Shown piece after piece: positions 29,309 to 38,714 of a stretch of DNA of 64,000 nucleotides. The stretch is from NCBI GenBank assembly GCA_902596545.1, contig CACJUH010000002.1, positions 91,881-155,880 on the forward strand, in the 5' to 3' direction. A model generated the notes under the pieces. The model was given only the letters and a program-made list of their open reading frames with translations, had not been told where the DNA came from and did no database searches. The position numbers were made by a program, and so were the translations under genes. How positions within the stretch are numbered: the stretch's first letter is position 1; every line of letters starts with the position of its first letter. This DNA comes from an uncultured Candidatus Actinomarina sp. GTDB lineage: Bacteria > Actinomycetota > Acidimicrobiia > Actinomarinales > Actinomarinaceae.

Positions 29309-29899
29309 ATTATTATCAAAAAACTATTTAAATTAATTTCAACAATTGTTTTAGCTGTTCTTGTAGCTACATTAGTTAGGACATTGTTAATTCAGATATA
29401 TTATATTCCTTCAACATCAATGGAACCTACATTAAAAATAGATGACCGAGTCCTTGTTGTAAAAGATACAATTGTGCAATTAGATATCGCTAGTGGCGAT
29501 ATTGTAGTTTTTTATAATAATGACTCTGAACGCTCTATCAGTTTCTTTCAAGAATATATAGATGGGTTACAAATCTGGAAAATAAGTGATATAAATTCTC
29601 AAGAAAATACTGCAATTATTAAAAGAGTGGTTGGAGTAGGAGGCGATACAGTTGAAATATTAGAAAATGGGGAAGTGTTCGTCAATAATTCAAAATTCAC
29701 AATATTTAATATTGATGAAGGAGTGAACTTCAAGAGAGAAACATTTTTAATTCCTGAAAACGAGATTTTTGTATTGGGAGACAATAGACCAAACAGTCAA
29801 GACTCCAGATATATTGGAACTATTCCTATGAGAAATATTATTGGCAAAGCTACTCATTTGATTTATCCATTAGAAAACTTTAAGAAATTAGATGATTGA
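29309..29899 (+). CDS. lepB: signal peptidase I
   Basis: IPSTSMEPTL (Ser), IKRVVG (Lys), GDNRPNSQDSR. The membrane anchor lies in-frame upstream of the TTG at 29384, so the start is uncertain. Confidence 0.9.
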   Translation: MIIKKLFKLISTIVLAVLVATLVRTLLIQIYYIPSTSMEPTLKIDDRVLVVKDTIVQLDIASGDIVVFYNNDSERSISFFQEYIDGLQIWKISDINSQENTAIIKRVVGVGGDTVEILENGEVFVNNSKFTIFNIDEGVNFKRETFLIPENEIFVLGDNRPNSQDSRYIGTIPMRNIIGKATHLIYPLENFKKLDD

Positions 29900-30479
29900 A
29901 GATAAAATTTGGAGCTCCAATCCAAGTACATACATCATTGGAAGTGATGAAGTTGGGAGGGGTTCTTTTGCTGGACCAATTGGAGCAGCTTCTGTAAGAA
30001 TCAATTACGAACATATAGATTTATTACTTGACGTTAAAGATTCAAAAAAGTTATCTCCAAAAAAAAGAAATCAAATTTTTGAATTAGTCCAAGAAAGTGA
30101 AATTGAATATTCCTATATAGAACGTGATAATGAATTTATTGATCTATATGGAATTAAGCTTGCAAATGAAAAAGTCTTAGAAGATTCTATTTCTTCAATA
30201 TTTCAAGATGGAGATATTGTATATGTTGATCATTTTAAGATCTCTAAGTTTAATGCCATCTCACTTATTAGGGGTGAAGATAATTGCAGGCCAATTGCTC
30301 TAGCAAGTATTATCGCAAAAGTTCTTAGAGATAATTTCATGATTGAGATATCAAATAAATACAGTAGATATGCATTTGATAAAAATAAAGGTTATGGAAC
30401 TAAAGAGCATAGATTAGCTATTAAAAAATATGGACTTACAGATGTCCATCGCAAATCTTTTAATTTAATGCCCAAATAA
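29892..30479 (+). CDS. rnhB: ribonuclease HII
   Basis: GSDEVGRG..AGP, DSKKL, ASIIAKV.RD, KGYGT..H, HRKSF. Confidence 0.95.
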   Translation: MIEDKIWSSNPSTYIIGSDEVGRGSFAGPIGAASVRINYEHIDLLLDVKDSKKLSPKKRNQIFELVQESEIEYSYIERDNEFIDLYGIKLANEKVLEDSISSIFQDGDIVYVDHFKISKFNAISLIRGEDNCRPIALASIIAKVLRDNFMIEISNKYSRYAFDKNKGYGTKEHRLAIKKYGLTDVHRKSFNLMPK

Positions 30480-30567
30480 CAACAATTATTGTTAGAAGAA
30501 GAGCTGAAATTATATTTAGATAATCTGTTTTATTTGCTTTGTAAGGTTTATTCGGATCAAATCCCAT
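30460..30567 (-). CDS. small single-pass membrane protein, 35 aa, not in the ORF track (MGFDPNKPYKANKTDYLNIISALLLTIIVVIWALN)
   Basis: Manual translation. It fills the rnhB-ECH gap, has a hydrophobic C-terminal helix, and has TAGAAT 6 nt before the ATG. Confidence 0.6.
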   Translation of the reverse strand: MGFDPNKPYKANKTDYLNIISALLLTIIVVIWALN

Positions 30568-30605
30568 ACATACATTCTAAATAGATTTGTATTAAACTTT
30601 AAAAT

Positions 30606-31361
30606 ATGACACTTGAATCAAATATTGTAAATGAGATTAAATTCTTGCAATTTAATGATGAAAAAGCAATGAATGCTATTAGTGCTGATGATTGGATAAA
30701 ACTGCAAGAAGAGATTGATTCATTTGAAAATAGTGATCAAAAGTATTTGGTAATCAAACACATCAATGGTAATTATTCTGCTGGAGCTCAATTAGGTGAG
30801 ACAGTTAATGCTCTTATGGATGATGTTTCGAAAGCAGCCATAAAAATGTGGAATTGCAAAAAACCAATAATTTCTCTTGTTGATGGAATTGCTGCAGGTG
30901 CAGGAGCAAACATGATGCTTCTAAGCGATTTTATTATTGCTACTCCACAGACAAGATTTATTGAAGTTTTCGTTAGAAGGGGATTAGTTGTTGATTTTGG
31001 AGGCTCATGGGTATTACCAAGAATAATAGGTATTCAAAAGGCTAAAGAATTAATGATGACATCTAATGAAATCAATGGTGAAGAATTAGATAGATTAGGT
31101 GTCCTTTACAAGCTAACAAATGCAGAAAATATGGATACAGAATTTAAAAATTTAATTGAGAATTTAAACAAACAAAGTTTCATATCTATATGTATGGTTA
31201 AACAACAAATCAAAGATGGTCTAGATTTAACATTTGAAAAATCGATAGGAAATGAAACTATTAATCAAAATAGTAGATTTCAGCATTCAGACGTAGCTGA
31301 GGGTATGTCTGCCTTTTTTGAAAAAAGACAACCAGATTATAAAAATACATTGGATGAATAA
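30606..31361 (+). CDS. enoyl-CoA hydratase/isomerase family protein (PaaG-like, Asp-type active site)
   Basis: MNAIS, YSAGAQL, KPII..VDG.AAGAG, F..RGLVVDFGG, EGMSAFFEKR. Confidence 0.85.
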   Translation: MTLESNIVNEIKFLQFNDEKAMNAISADDWIKLQEEIDSFENSDQKYLVIKHINGNYSAGAQLGETVNALMDDVSKAAIKMWNCKKPIISLVDGIAAGAGANMMLLSDFIIATPQTRFIEVFVRRGLVVDFGGSWVLPRIIGIQKAKELMMTSNEINGEELDRLGVLYKLTNAENMDTEFKNLIENLNKQSFISICMVKQQIKDGLDLTFEKSIGNETINQNSRFQHSDVAEGMSAFFEKRQPDYKNTLDE

Positions 31362-31435
31362 AATAATTGTATAAATATTCATTTAAGTGTATTTTTATGC
31401 AATAATTTGTACTTAAGAAATTGGAGGTTTACTAA

Positions 31436-32320
31436 GTGAAAACTAGAAAATCACTCCTTTTAATTTTTGTTCTAGCATTGGTAGCTGCTGCTTGTTCAAC
31501 CGCTGCAACTCCATGTGATGAAGTAGAAATTACAACAGGAGAAAACGGATTACCTGATTTAGGTGGTTGTGAATTTACATTTGCTGTAGAGAATGCATAT
31601 TTACCATTCAACTATATTGATGCAGCTGATGGTGAAGCTAAAGGCTGGGACTATGATGTATTTAATCATATGGGCGAACTTATGAATTTCGTTCCTGTTT
31701 ATGTACCAGCAGCTTGGGATGGAATGATACAAGCTGTAGCTGATGGACAATTTATGATTGCTGGTGACGGTATCACAATCACAGCAGAGAGAGATGAAAT
31801 TATTGACTTTTCTAATGGTTACATCAATCTTGCCCAAAGAGTACTTGTAGCAGTCGGTAACGATGAAATTACAAGTATTGATGATCTTAAAAATGGAGAC
31901 TATACAGTTGCAACTCAAAAAGGAACTACAAACTATGAGTTTGCTGTTGCTGAATTAGGTGAAGACAAAGTTAAAGCATTTGATGATTTTAACTTTGCTA
32001 TCCAAGCTGTTATCTCTGGCGATGCAGATGCGTCTATTATTGACGAAACTGCTGGTTTAGGATATATGGGTGCAAATAAAGATCAAGTTAAATTGGTTGG
32101 TGGAGATTTAACATCTGAACAACTAGGTTTCGCATTTCCTAATGGAAGCCCGTTAGTAGATGTTGTTAATCAAGGCCTTGCAGCTATGGAAAAAAGTGGA
32201 AAACTTGCAGAAATAAATGCAAAGTTCTTTTCACCAGATTTTACAGTTACTTATGATGATATAGCAGAGTGTGATGAAGACATTCCAGCTGAATATCTTC
32301 CTGAGGATTGTGACGTATAA
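31436..32320 (+). CDS. polar amino-acid ABC transporter substrate-binding lipoprotein
   Basis: Lipobox VAAAC, ENAYLPF, WDGMI, ITITAER...DFS, QKGTT. Confidence 0.9.
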   Translation: MKTRKSLLLIFVLALVAAACSTAATPCDEVEITTGENGLPDLGGCEFTFAVENAYLPFNYIDAADGEAKGWDYDVFNHMGELMNFVPVYVPAAWDGMIQAVADGQFMIAGDGITITAERDEIIDFSNGYINLAQRVLVAVGNDEITSIDDLKNGDYTVATQKGTTNYEFAVAELGEDKVKAFDDFNFAIQAVISGDADASIIDETAGLGYMGANKDQVKLVGGDLTSEQLGFAFPNGSPLVDVVNQGLAAMEKSGKLAEINAKFFSPDFTVTYDDIAECDEDIPAEYLPEDCDV

Positions 32321-32349
32321 ATAAATAATTTATTTATATATAAATTTGT

Positions 32350-32384
32350 AATAGGCACGGAAAACCGTGCCTATTGCTTTATTA
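32350..32384 (+). terminator. hairpin between the SBP and permease genes (terminator or mRNA stabiliser)
   Basis: Perfect 11-bp stem AATAGGCACGG-AAAA-CCGTGCCTATT followed by T-rich sequence. Confidence 0.75.
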
Positions 32385-32396
32385 TTAGAAAAATAG

Positions 32397-33152
32397 ATGA
32401 AAATTAAAAATTTATTCAAACCTGATAATTGGTGGTTACTGATATTGATTGGGATCATTTCTTGGATGATTTATGTCATCTTTTCTAATCCAGAATATAA
32501 CAAAGCCTTCAATTTTATTCTTCCTGGTCTTTCCATAACTTTTTTATCAACAATTATTTCATTTGTAATTGCATTATTTTTGGGCTTGATATCAGGAATT
32601 GGGCGTATTTCTAAAAATAAAATTGCAAGTACGATTTCCAGAACTTATATAGAATTTATAAGAGGCGTACCTGTTCTGATTTTAATTTTTACTATTGCAT
32701 TTGTTGTAGTTGTAAGAGGTGCTGAATTCTTCAACATTAATAATGGGAATGTACCTATGCTTGTAAGAGCAATAATTGCCTTATCAGTATTTTACGGTGC
32801 ATATATTGCTGAAGTCTTTAGAGCTGGTATAGAATCTGTACCTGTAGGTCAGAGAGAGGGTGGGGCATCTCTAGGTTTAACAGACAGGCAAGTTATGAGA
32901 TTTATAGTCTTACCTCAAGCTTTTAGAAATATGCTTCCAGCTTTAGGAAATGATTTCATATCAATGATGAAAGACTCTTCTTTGTTATCAGTTCTAGCTG
33001 TTGAAGATTTAACTTACAGAGGAAGATTGTATTCAGGAAGTACATTTAGATTTGCAGAGACATATCTTGTACTTACTGTTTTATATTTGATAATAACTTT
33101 GATACTATCAGGACTACAGAGAAGGCTTGAGAAAAGACTTGAATCTAAATAA
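32397..33152 (+). CDS. polar amino-acid ABC transporter permease
   Basis: [27 protein letters not shown]...SLG, ILPQA-like VLPQA, KDSSL. Confidence 0.92.
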   Translation: MKIKNLFKPDNWWLLILIGIISWMIYVIFSNPEYNKAFNFILPGLSITFLSTIISFVIALFLGLISGIGRISKNKIASTISRTYIEFIRGVPVLILIFTIAFVVVVRGAEFFNINNGNVPMLVRAIIALSVFYGAYIAEVFRAGIESVPVGQREGGASLGLTDRQVMRFIVLPQAFRNMLPALGNDFISMMKDSSLLSVLAVEDLTYRGRLYSGSTFRFAETYLVLTVLYLIITLILSGLQRRLEKRLESK

Positions 33153-33996
33153 TCAATCAGATAGAAACAAAGTACTTGAAGAATATTTAATCTATATCAA
33201 TAATGTGAAAAATTATTCACAAAATACAATCAAATCATACAACTCTGACATAAAACATTATTTTGAAAATACAGAAAGTGTTGGAGAATTCTCGAGTTAT
33301 CTAAAACATTTAAACAAGAATAAATATTCAAAGACTTCTATTAATCGTAAAATCACTTCAATCAGGACTTTCTTATCTTGGGCTGTTGACAATAATTACT
33401 TTAATCAAAACCAAATAAAAATTGTAAACAATTTAAAAGTTGAGAAAAAACTGCCAAATGTTTTAACTTCATCATATATAAATAGACTCCTAGACAATCT
33501 TCCTGAATCTTCTGAAAAAGATATAAGAGATAAAGCAATTTTAGAATTAATGTATTCATCTGGTCTGAGAGTCAGTGAAGTTTCAAATTTAACTTCAAAC
33601 AGTATTAACAAAAATAATTCTATAAGAGTTTTAGGTAAGGGGAGTAAAGAAAGAGTTTTACCTATGACCAAAAGAGCATATGTTAGTACAAAAAAATATA
33701 TTGAGACTTCAAGGCCAAAATTTGAGAATGATAAGTCAAAAAATTATCTTTTTCTTGGTGTAAGAGGAGGTCAATTAAGCGACAGAGAAATTAGAAGGAT
33801 CGTTAAATTTAGAACTGGAACATTTCCACATAGCATTAGGCATACTTTTGCAACACATTTATTAGAGGGCGGTGCTGATTTGAGAATAGTTCAAGAACTA
33901 CTTGGTCACAACGACCCTAGTACAACACAAATTTATACTCATGTATCTAAAAAGCAACTCCAAAAAAAATACAAACAATCTCATCCGAGGGGTTGA
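33127..33996 (+). CDS. xerC: tyrosine recombinase (XerC/XerD family)
   Basis: [47 protein letters not shown]; upstream of rpsB as in Actinobacteria. Confidence 0.85.
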   Translation: MRKDLNLNNQSDRNKVLEEYLIYINNVKNYSQNTIKSYNSDIKHYFENTESVGEFSSYLKHLNKNKYSKTSINRKITSIRTFLSWAVDNNYFNQNQIKIVNNLKVEKKLPNVLTSSYINRLLDNLPESSEKDIRDKAILELMYSSGLRVSEVSNLTSNSINKNNSIRVLGKGSKERVLPMTKRAYVSTKKYIETSRPKFENDKSKNYLFLGVRGGQLSDREIRRIVKFRTGTFPHSIRHTFATHLLEGGADLRIVQELLGHNDPSTTQIYTHVSKKQLQKKYKQSHPRG

Positions 33997-34034
33997 ATAA
34001 TATCTTTTTGATATTAGAATTCAAATGAAAATAG

Positions 34035-34103
34035 ACACCATATTTGCAAGTTTCCTTGGTGAACGAAAGTTTGGAAACCGCTTAGGCAAGGAATATGGGA
34101 TGT
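34035..34103 (+). promoter_or_regulatory. structured rpsB 5' leader (S2 autoregulatory RNA-like)
   Basis: Outer stem CCATATTT/GAATATGG, inner GTTTCC/GGAAAC, and GAAC-GAAA-GTTT tetraloop hairpin. Preceded by TTGAAT-16-TAGAAT (33993-34020). Confidence 0.55.
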
Positions 34104-34122
34104 ATTAACCAAAGGAGAAATA

Positions 34123-34833
34123 TTGAGTACAACAATGAAAGACCTGCTTGAAGCGGGCGTACATTTTGGTCATCAAACACAAAGATGGAATCCCAAAATG
34201 GATAAATTTATCTACGGAGCTAAAAGTGGTATTCACATTTTAGATCTCAGAATCACTTATGACGCTATTGAACAAGCTCAGGAATATGTACAAAAGTTAG
34301 TTGCAAATAGTGGAAAAGTTTTATTTGTAGGAACTAAACCACAGGCTCAACAAGTAATTGAAGATCAAGCAATTCGAGCTGGCATGCCTTATGTGAATTT
34401 TAGATGGTTGGGTGGTATGCTCACAAATTTTAAAACAATTATAAAACGGGTAGTTTATCTAAAGGAATTAAAATCTTTAGAGTCTTCAGGTGAAATAAAC
34501 GCATATACAAAATCTGAAAGATTAAGGATTAAAAGAGAAATCGAAAAACTTACTAAATCAATTGGAGGAATTGTAAATTTAAACAAACTTCCGGATGCAA
34601 TTTTTGTCGTAGATCTCTCAAATGAATCTACAGCAATTACTGAAGCTCAAAAATTAGGCATTCCAGTTATTGGTTTAGCAGACTCAAATGTAAATCCTGA
34701 AGGAGTTGAAATTGTTATACCTGGTAATGACGATGCAATTAGATCAATCGAGTTAATTGCTTCAGCAATTGCTGACGCTTGTCTTAAAGGTTCAGGAAAA
34801 AGAAGTGAAGTTGAGAATAAGGAGAAAGAATAA
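34123..34833 (+). CDS. rpsB: 30S ribosomal protein S2
   Basis: LLEAGVHFGHQT.RWNPKM, RWLGGMLTNF, PGNDDA. Confidence 0.98.
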   Translation: MSTTMKDLLEAGVHFGHQTQRWNPKMDKFIYGAKSGIHILDLRITYDAIEQAQEYVQKLVANSGKVLFVGTKPQAQQVIEDQAIRAGMPYVNFRWLGGMLTNFKTIIKRVVYLKELKSLESSGEINAYTKSERLRIKREIEKLTKSIGGIVNLNKLPDAIFVVDLSNESTAITEAQKLGIPVIGLADSNVNPEGVEIVIPGNDDAIRSIELIASAIADACLKGSGKRSEVENKEKE

Positions 34834-35441
34834 TGTCAATTTCAGCAGCTGATGTAAAAAAACTACGTGATATGACTGGTGCTGGAATGATGGATGCCAA
34901 AAAAGCTCTGTCTGAAAGCAATGGAGATTTTGATAATGCAGTTAAGTATCTTAGAGAAAAAGGCTTAGCAGACTCGAAAAAAAGAGCTGATAAAGAAGCC
35001 AACCAAGGAACTATTGGTGACTATATACACTTTCAACAGGATAGAGCTGTTGCTGGTGTACTAGTCGAACTTGCATGTGAAACAGATTTTGTTGCTAAAT
35101 CAGATGAATTTAAAAACGTTGCTAAGCAAGTAGCTATGCATATAGCAGCTCTAAAACCTGAATTTTTAGATGTTGAAGATGTTCCATCAGAAAGAATTGA
35201 GGAAGAAAAAGAAATTATTAAAAAGCAATCCGAAAATGAAGGAAAGCCAGCAGATGTTATAACAAAGATTGTTGATGGAAAAATTTCATCTTTTTACAAA
35301 GATTATGTTTTGAATGAACAAACATTTTGCAATCCAGAATTTTATGAGGGTCAAGTTGGTACAATGATTGAAGAGCTATCTGGAAAATTAGGTGAAAAAA
35401 TTTACATTAAGAAATTTTCGAGAATTGAGGTTGGTACTTAA
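34833..35441 (+). CDS. tsf: elongation factor Ts (short form)
   Basis: VKKLRDMTGAGMMDAKKAL, ELACETDFVA, AMHIAA. Confidence 0.96.
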   Translation: MSISAADVKKLRDMTGAGMMDAKKALSESNGDFDNAVKYLREKGLADSKKRADKEANQGTIGDYIHFQQDRAVAGVLVELACETDFVAKSDEFKNVAKQVAMHIAALKPEFLDVEDVPSERIEEEKEIIKKQSENEGKPADVITKIVDGKISSFYKDYVLNEQTFCNPEFYEGQVGTMIEELSGKLGEKIYIKKFSRIEVGT

Positions 35442-35443
35442 TA

Positions 35444-36145
35444 ATGATTAGGGTTCTACTAAAACTTTCTGGAGAATCCTTTTCTAATCCTGAAACTAAT
35501 TTTGGAATTGAACCAAAGGTAATTGAAAGAATCGCTTCTGAGATAACAGCAGCTAATAATGAGAATATTCAAATAGGTGTTGTTGTAGGCGGTGGTAACT
35601 TTTTTAGAGGCGTACAAGAATCTGCAAAAAACATGGCACAAGCAAATGCAGATTACATGGGAATGTTAGCAACAGTTATAAATGCTGTTGCTTTAAAAGA
35701 TGCTTTAGACAAGAACGGTACACAAACGCGAGTCCAATCCGCTATAACCATGACAGCTGTTGCAGAACCTTATATTAGACTTCGAGCAATAAGGCATCTT
35801 GAAAAAGGTAGAGTTGTTATTTTTGCAGCAGGTACAGGTAACCCATATTTTACAACTGACACAGCGGCTTCACTTCGAGCAGCAGAAATAGATGCGGATT
35901 TAATGTTGAAATCAACCAGAGTTGAAGGTGTTTTCGATAAAGATCCAGAAGTTGAAGAGCAAGCTGAGCTTTATAATGAAATTTCATATAAAGATGTGGT
36001 CTCAAGCAAATTAAAAGTTATGGATTTAACTGCTATAACACTATGTGAAGAAAACGAAATGCCCATAAGAGTATTTGATGGTACTAAAGAACAAAATATT
36101 TACAAAGCCCTTACAGGTGAGAAACTGGGAACTTTAATACAATAA
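35444..36145 (+). CDS. pyrH: uridylate kinase
   Basis: LLKLSGE, VGGGNFFRG, ADYMGMLAT, GNPYFTTDTAA. Confidence 0.97.
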   Translation: MIRVLLKLSGESFSNPETNFGIEPKVIERIASEITAANNENIQIGVVVGGGNFFRGVQESAKNMAQANADYMGMLATVINAVALKDALDKNGTQTRVQSAITMTAVAEPYIRLRAIRHLEKGRVVIFAAGTGNPYFTTDTAASLRAAEIDADLMLKSTRVEGVFDKDPEVEEQAELYNEISYKDVVSSKLKVMDLTAITLCEENEMPIRVFDGTKEQNIYKALTGEKLGTLIQ

Positions 36146-36696
36146 TGAGCGAAATACTAATAAAAGATATTGAGCAAAAGATGATTAATTCAATAAATCA
36201 CTTGGTAGATGAATTTTCAACGATCAGAACCGGCAGAGCAAATCCATCACTAGTCGATAAATTAAATGTAGAATACTACGGAACTAAGACACCACTTCAG
36301 CAATTAGCAACTATATCAGTACCAGATCCAAAGTTATTAGTCATACAACCTTTTGACAAAACAGCTCTAGAAGAAATTGAAAAATCAGTTTTAAATGCAG
36401 ATATTGGTTTAAATCCAACAAATGATGGAGAAGTAATTCGTATACCAATACCACCTTTATCAGAAGAAAGAAGAAAAGAACTTGGTAAAGTAGCTTCTAA
36501 ATCATCAGAAGATGCAAAAGTTTCAATACGATCACACAGAAGATTTGGCATAGATGAAATTTCCAAATTAAAAGATGAAAATTCTGCTGATGAGATAAAA
36601 AGACTGGAATCAAAAGTACAAGAGTTAACTGATAAGTATGTAAATAAAATTGATGAATTACTTTTGGTAAAGCAAAATGAATTACTTGAGGTTTAA
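36145..36696 (+). CDS. frr: ribosome recycling factor
   Basis: IRTGRANP, YYG..TPL.Q, PPLSEERRKEL. Confidence 0.97.
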   Translation: MSEILIKDIEQKMINSINHLVDEFSTIRTGRANPSLVDKLNVEYYGTKTPLQQLATISVPDPKLLVIQPFDKTALEEIEKSVLNADIGLNPTNDGEVIRIPIPPLSEERRKELGKVASKSSEDAKVSIRSHRRFGIDEISKLKDENSADEIKRLESKVQELTDKYVNKIDELLLVKQNELLEV

Positions 36697-37594
36697 AAAA
36701 TTATTTCAATCAGATAATGATGGTACGTTTTGGCCTGGATACATTGAGCTTCCCGATGAAAATGATTCATCTCAGATAAGCAAAGACCAAGAAAATCCTT
36801 CATTTTTCTCATCGAATCCAAGAGTTGTGACTGGTTTAGCATTGATAATTATTGTTGCTGCAATGTTTATCAATAAAACTTCAGCACTAATTTTGTTGGT
36901 TATCGTTGGTCTTCTTGCTACTAAAGAATGGTTTGATATGTTCGAATATGAAACAATACTTCCCTATCCGTTACTACTATATGCAGCTCTTGCTCCATTG
37001 TTTGTGGCATATTTTTTTGGTTTAAACAATTTTCACATTCCATATTTAATTTTTCCTATAGGTGTGATTGTTTATACAGGAACTTTTGTAAATTATGAAG
37101 TCTATGATAAATTCGGAAGCTCATTTTTGTTTCTTATTTGGTTTGGAACAGGTTTAGCTTCAATTGGCTATTTTTTAAATAATTTTGGGCCATTATTTAC
37201 TTTTCTTTTATTAATTTCAATATCAATTAATGATGTTGCTGCTTATGAGTTTGGTAGGCGATATGGTAAAAGAAAGCTTTCAGAAAGCATATCACCTAAC
37301 AAAACAGTAGAGGGCTTTGCAGCTGGATTATTTGTTGGATCTATTTTTGTTTTCTTTGTTTTAAATTATTTTTTAACTGTTACCTTAACGCAAAAAATTT
37401 TAATTTCTATTTTATTTGTTTTATTTGGAACTTTAGGAGATTTGTTCGAATCAAAAATTAAACGATCTATTGAACTTAAAGACACAAGCTCTTTGTTGCC
37501 TGGTCATGGTGGTGTACTTGATAGAATTGATTCACAATTATTAAGTTTTCCTACGCTTGTTCTATTCGTCCATTTTTTAGATTTAATCCAATAA
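36677..37594 (+). CDS. cdsA: phosphatidate cytidylyltransferase
   Basis: ISPNKTVEG, GDLFESKIKR..KD...LPGHGGVLDRIDS; multi-pass membrane protein. Confidence 0.93.
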   Translation: MNYLRFKKLFQSDNDGTFWPGYIELPDENDSSQISKDQENPSFFSSNPRVVTGLALIIIVAAMFINKTSALILLVIVGLLATKEWFDMFEYETILPYPLLLYAALAPLFVAYFFGLNNFHIPYLIFPIGVIVYTGTFVNYEVYDKFGSSFLFLIWFGTGLASIGYFLNNFGPLFTFLLLISISINDVAAYEFGRRYGKRKLSESISPNKTVEGFAAGLFVGSIFVFFVLNYFLTVTLTQKILISILFVLFGTLGDLFESKIKRSIELKDTSSLLPGHGGVLDRIDSQLLSFPTLVLFVHFLDLIQ

Positions 37595-37610
37595 GTGTAA
37601 TAATTAATAT

Positions 37611-38714
37611 ATGAACGCTATTTTAACTATATTATTACTTACTTTGTTTGTAGTACTTCATGAGTTTGGTCATTACATATCAGCAAGAAGATCTAAAATT
37701 GCAGTATCTGAATTTTTTGTTGGTTTTGGACCAAAACTATTCTCTTTCAAAAGAAACAATACTGAATATGGCTTAAAGGCTATTTTGCTGGGTGGATACG
37801 TAAAGATACCAGGAATGGATGAAAACGAACCTGTATCAGATTATAAAAGTGACGAATTGTTTCATACTGCATCTTGGACTAAAAAGCTTTATATTGCCTC
37901 TTCTGGAATATTGGTCAATTTTTTTCTTGCTTGGATAATTTTATTTTCTATATTTGCTTTTTATGGGATAGATCAACCAACATTAAAAATAGCTACCATT
38001 GGAGATTCGATAACTGACCCAAATGATGATGCACCATCTAAAAAAGCAGGTTTGTTGCCAGGAGACATAATTTATTCATTTAATGGTTCAGAAGTCCAAA
38101 GTTGGGAAGAGTTAGTTTCAATTATCGAGGTGAATCCTGAAAAAAATGTTTCTATAGGATATATTCGTAATTCCCAAATGTACTTAACTACAACTACATT
38201 AGAGTCAAGGATTTTTAACAATGAACCCACAGGTTACTTAGGGGTCTCACCGGTACTAGAAAGGCAAACTCTAGGTTTGCTACAAGCTATACCTGCAACA
38301 ACACTTATTGAGATTGATATGACTAAAGCAGCAATAAAAGGAATATTTACTTTATTCAATCCATCAACTCTTGAAGCTTTACTTGGTACTTATACTGGTG
38401 AAGAGGTTCCTGATGAAGTAAGACCATTGAGTCCAATTGGTTTAGCTCAAGCAGGAAATCAAATTGCTGAGGGAGGCTACGTAAATTTATTTAGCTTACT
38501 CGCTTTTGTTAATATCTTTTTAGCTGTTTTTAATTCGATACCGTTAGTTCCATTAGATGGTGGAAGAATTGTCTTAGCATTATATGAAGGAATAACAGGT
38601 AAAAAAATAGAGGATAAAAAATTATATCCAATAGCTGCTGTTGTAATTTTTATCTTTGTATTCTTAGGGATAACAGCATTTTATCTTGATATTACGCAGC
38701 CAATAAGATTATGA
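37611..38714 (+). CDS. rseP: RIP metalloprotease (M50 family, PDZ domain)
   Basis: HEFGH, VGFGP, GGYVKI.GM, NSIPLVPLDGG. Confidence 0.92.
   Translation: MNAILTILLLTLFVVLHEFGHYISARRSKIAVSEFFVGFGPKLFSFKRNNTEYGLKAILLGGYVKIPGMDENEPVSDYKSDELFHTASWTKKLYIASSGILVNFFLAWIILFSIFAFYGIDQPTLKIATIGDSITDPNDDAPSKKAGLLPGDIIYSFNGSEVQSWEELVSIIEVNPEKNVSIGYIRNSQMYLTTTTLESRIFNNEPTGYLGVSPVLERQTLGLLQAIPATTLIEIDMTKAAIKGIFTLFNPSTLEALLGTYTGEEVPDEVRPLSPIGLAQAGNQIAEGGYVNLFSLLAFVNIFLAVFNSIPLVPLDGGRIVLALYEGITGKKIEDKKLYPIAAVVIFIFVFLGITAFYLDITQPIRL

Noticed and set aside
33127-33996. Tyrosine recombinase as a possible integrase of a mobile element
   Set aside because: The motifs and position upstream of rpsB fit housekeeping XerC; no att repeats, tRNA or cargo seen.
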